A program made the translations under genes and the position numbers. DNA of 64,000 bases, from contig JBAXSP010000003.1 in the NCBI GenBank assembly GCA_037130655.1, forward strand, positions 68,684 to 132,683. Direction: 5' to 3'. Below, in pieces: positions 63,490-64,000 of the stretch. The stretch comes from a bacterium (lineage in GTDB: Bacteria > Patescibacteriota > Minisyncoccia > Phycocordibacterales > UBA9973). The notes below the pieces were generated by a model. It had not been told where the DNA came from. It saw only the letters and a list, made by a program, of their open reading frames with translations, and searched no databases. Numbering within the stretch: position 1 is the first letter of the stretch; every line of letters starts with the position of its first letter.

Positions 63490-63612
63490 GTATAACAGAG
63501 GGTAATGACTAATGACCAGTGTCTAATGACTAATTAAAAATAAAATAATAAAAGTGCGAAGCCGTAGGCTTCGCACTTTTATTAGTCACTAGTCATTAGT
63601 AATTGGTCATTA
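63490..63612. repeat. Right ~123-bp inverted repeat (reverse complement of 62191-62312)
   Basis: GTATAACAGAGGGTAATGACTAATGACCAGTGTCTAATGACTAATTAAAAATAAAATAATAAAAGTGCGAAGCCGTAGGCTTCGCACTTTTATTAGTCACTAGTCATTAGTAATTGGTCATTA. Its last 3 nt form the TAA stop of the minus-strand helicase gene. Confidence 0.85.
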
Positions 63613-64000
63613 TCTACGTGATTGTACAAACGTCAGAGAATTTCCTGTTTTTGTTCCACGTCCTGTTCGTCCAATACGGTGCACATAGGTGTCGTAGGTA
63701 GAAGGAAGGTCGTAGTTGATCACGTGAGTGATGTCAGCAATATCGATACCACGAGCAGCAACGTCTGTTGCGATCACGACATGAGCTTCTCCATTTGCTA
63801 GAGATTTGACTGCACGATCGCGTTCACGGTTGCGCATATCTCCGTGGAGTGCCAATGCTTTGAATCCGCGAGTTTTTAGTTCGTGTGCCAATTCATCAAC
63901 ACTTCTTTTCATTTCTCGGAAAATAAGCACTTTACTTGCTTCAGGTTTGATAAGTACTTCGTGTAGTTTTTCGATTTTATCTTTTTGATCAACGAAACGA
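63610..64000 (-). CDS. DEAD-box RNA helicase (C-terminal part; gene continues beyond the window end)
   Basis: Helicase-C motifs VIATDVAARGIDI (V) and HRIGRTGR (VI). The reading frame stays open to coordinate 64000. Confidence 0.8.
   Translation of the reverse strand, partial: RFVDQKDKIEKLHEVLIKPEASKVLIFREMKRSVDELAHELKTRGFKALALHGDMRNRERDRAVKSLANGEAHVVIATDVAARGIDIADITHVINYDLPSTYDTYVHRIGRTGRGTKTGNSLTFVQSRR

Overview
This is a low-GC, gene-dense bacterial segment that looks like a Candidate Phyla Radiation (Patescibacteria-type) genome. The evidence is compact genes, a 23S-5S rRNA operon with no linked 16S, a group-I-like intron in the 23S, and many extended -10 boxes only 6-8 nt upstream of ATG start codons.

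Content in order:
- 1-2928: a partial giant Ser/Thr-rich surface protein.
- 3.0-16.6 kb: a surface-glycan island. It holds a Wzy_C (O-antigen ligase/polymerase family) protein with a TPR partner, two GT11 fucosyltransferase-like genes, two GT2 genes, a GT17-like two-domain protein, epimerases, a methyltransferase, a Wzx flippase and a polyprenyl-phosphate glycosylphosphotransferase.
- 18.2-20.1 kb: a second, paralogous Wzy_C + TPR module carrying the same promoter and 5' end.
- 20.4-21.4 kb: rplJ and rplL, followed by tandem terminator units.
- 23.47-27.28 kb: the rRNA operon (23S with a ~374-nt intron, then 5S).
- 28-34 kb: cell-envelope genes (FtsW/RodA, PAP2, UppP, SecD, SecF).
- 34-45 kb: NUDIX hydrolase, LemA, HtpX, a methyltransferase, DgkA, ABC transporter subunits, two divergent type-II tRNAs, a GNAT acetyltransferase, Ung, an RRM protein and ComF.
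- 45.6-57.7 kb: a complete type IV pilus locus (pilM, N/O/P-like genes, pilB, a stand-alone receiver, pilT, pilC, two major-type pilins, pilD, four minor pilins).
- 57.9-62.2 kb: ligA, gatC, gatA.
- 62.2-63.6 kb: a two-gene cassette (a membrane protein with a HEPN-like RxxxxH C-terminus plus an acidic partner). It is bracketed by ~123-bp inverted repeats, each carrying a terminator hairpin and stop codons in several frames. The repeat arms also supply the stop codons of gatA and of a DEAD-box helicase gene that runs off the window edge.

Several other intergenic repeat families and an odd tRNA-like remnant were found. There is no CRISPR array and no recognisable transposase or integrase.
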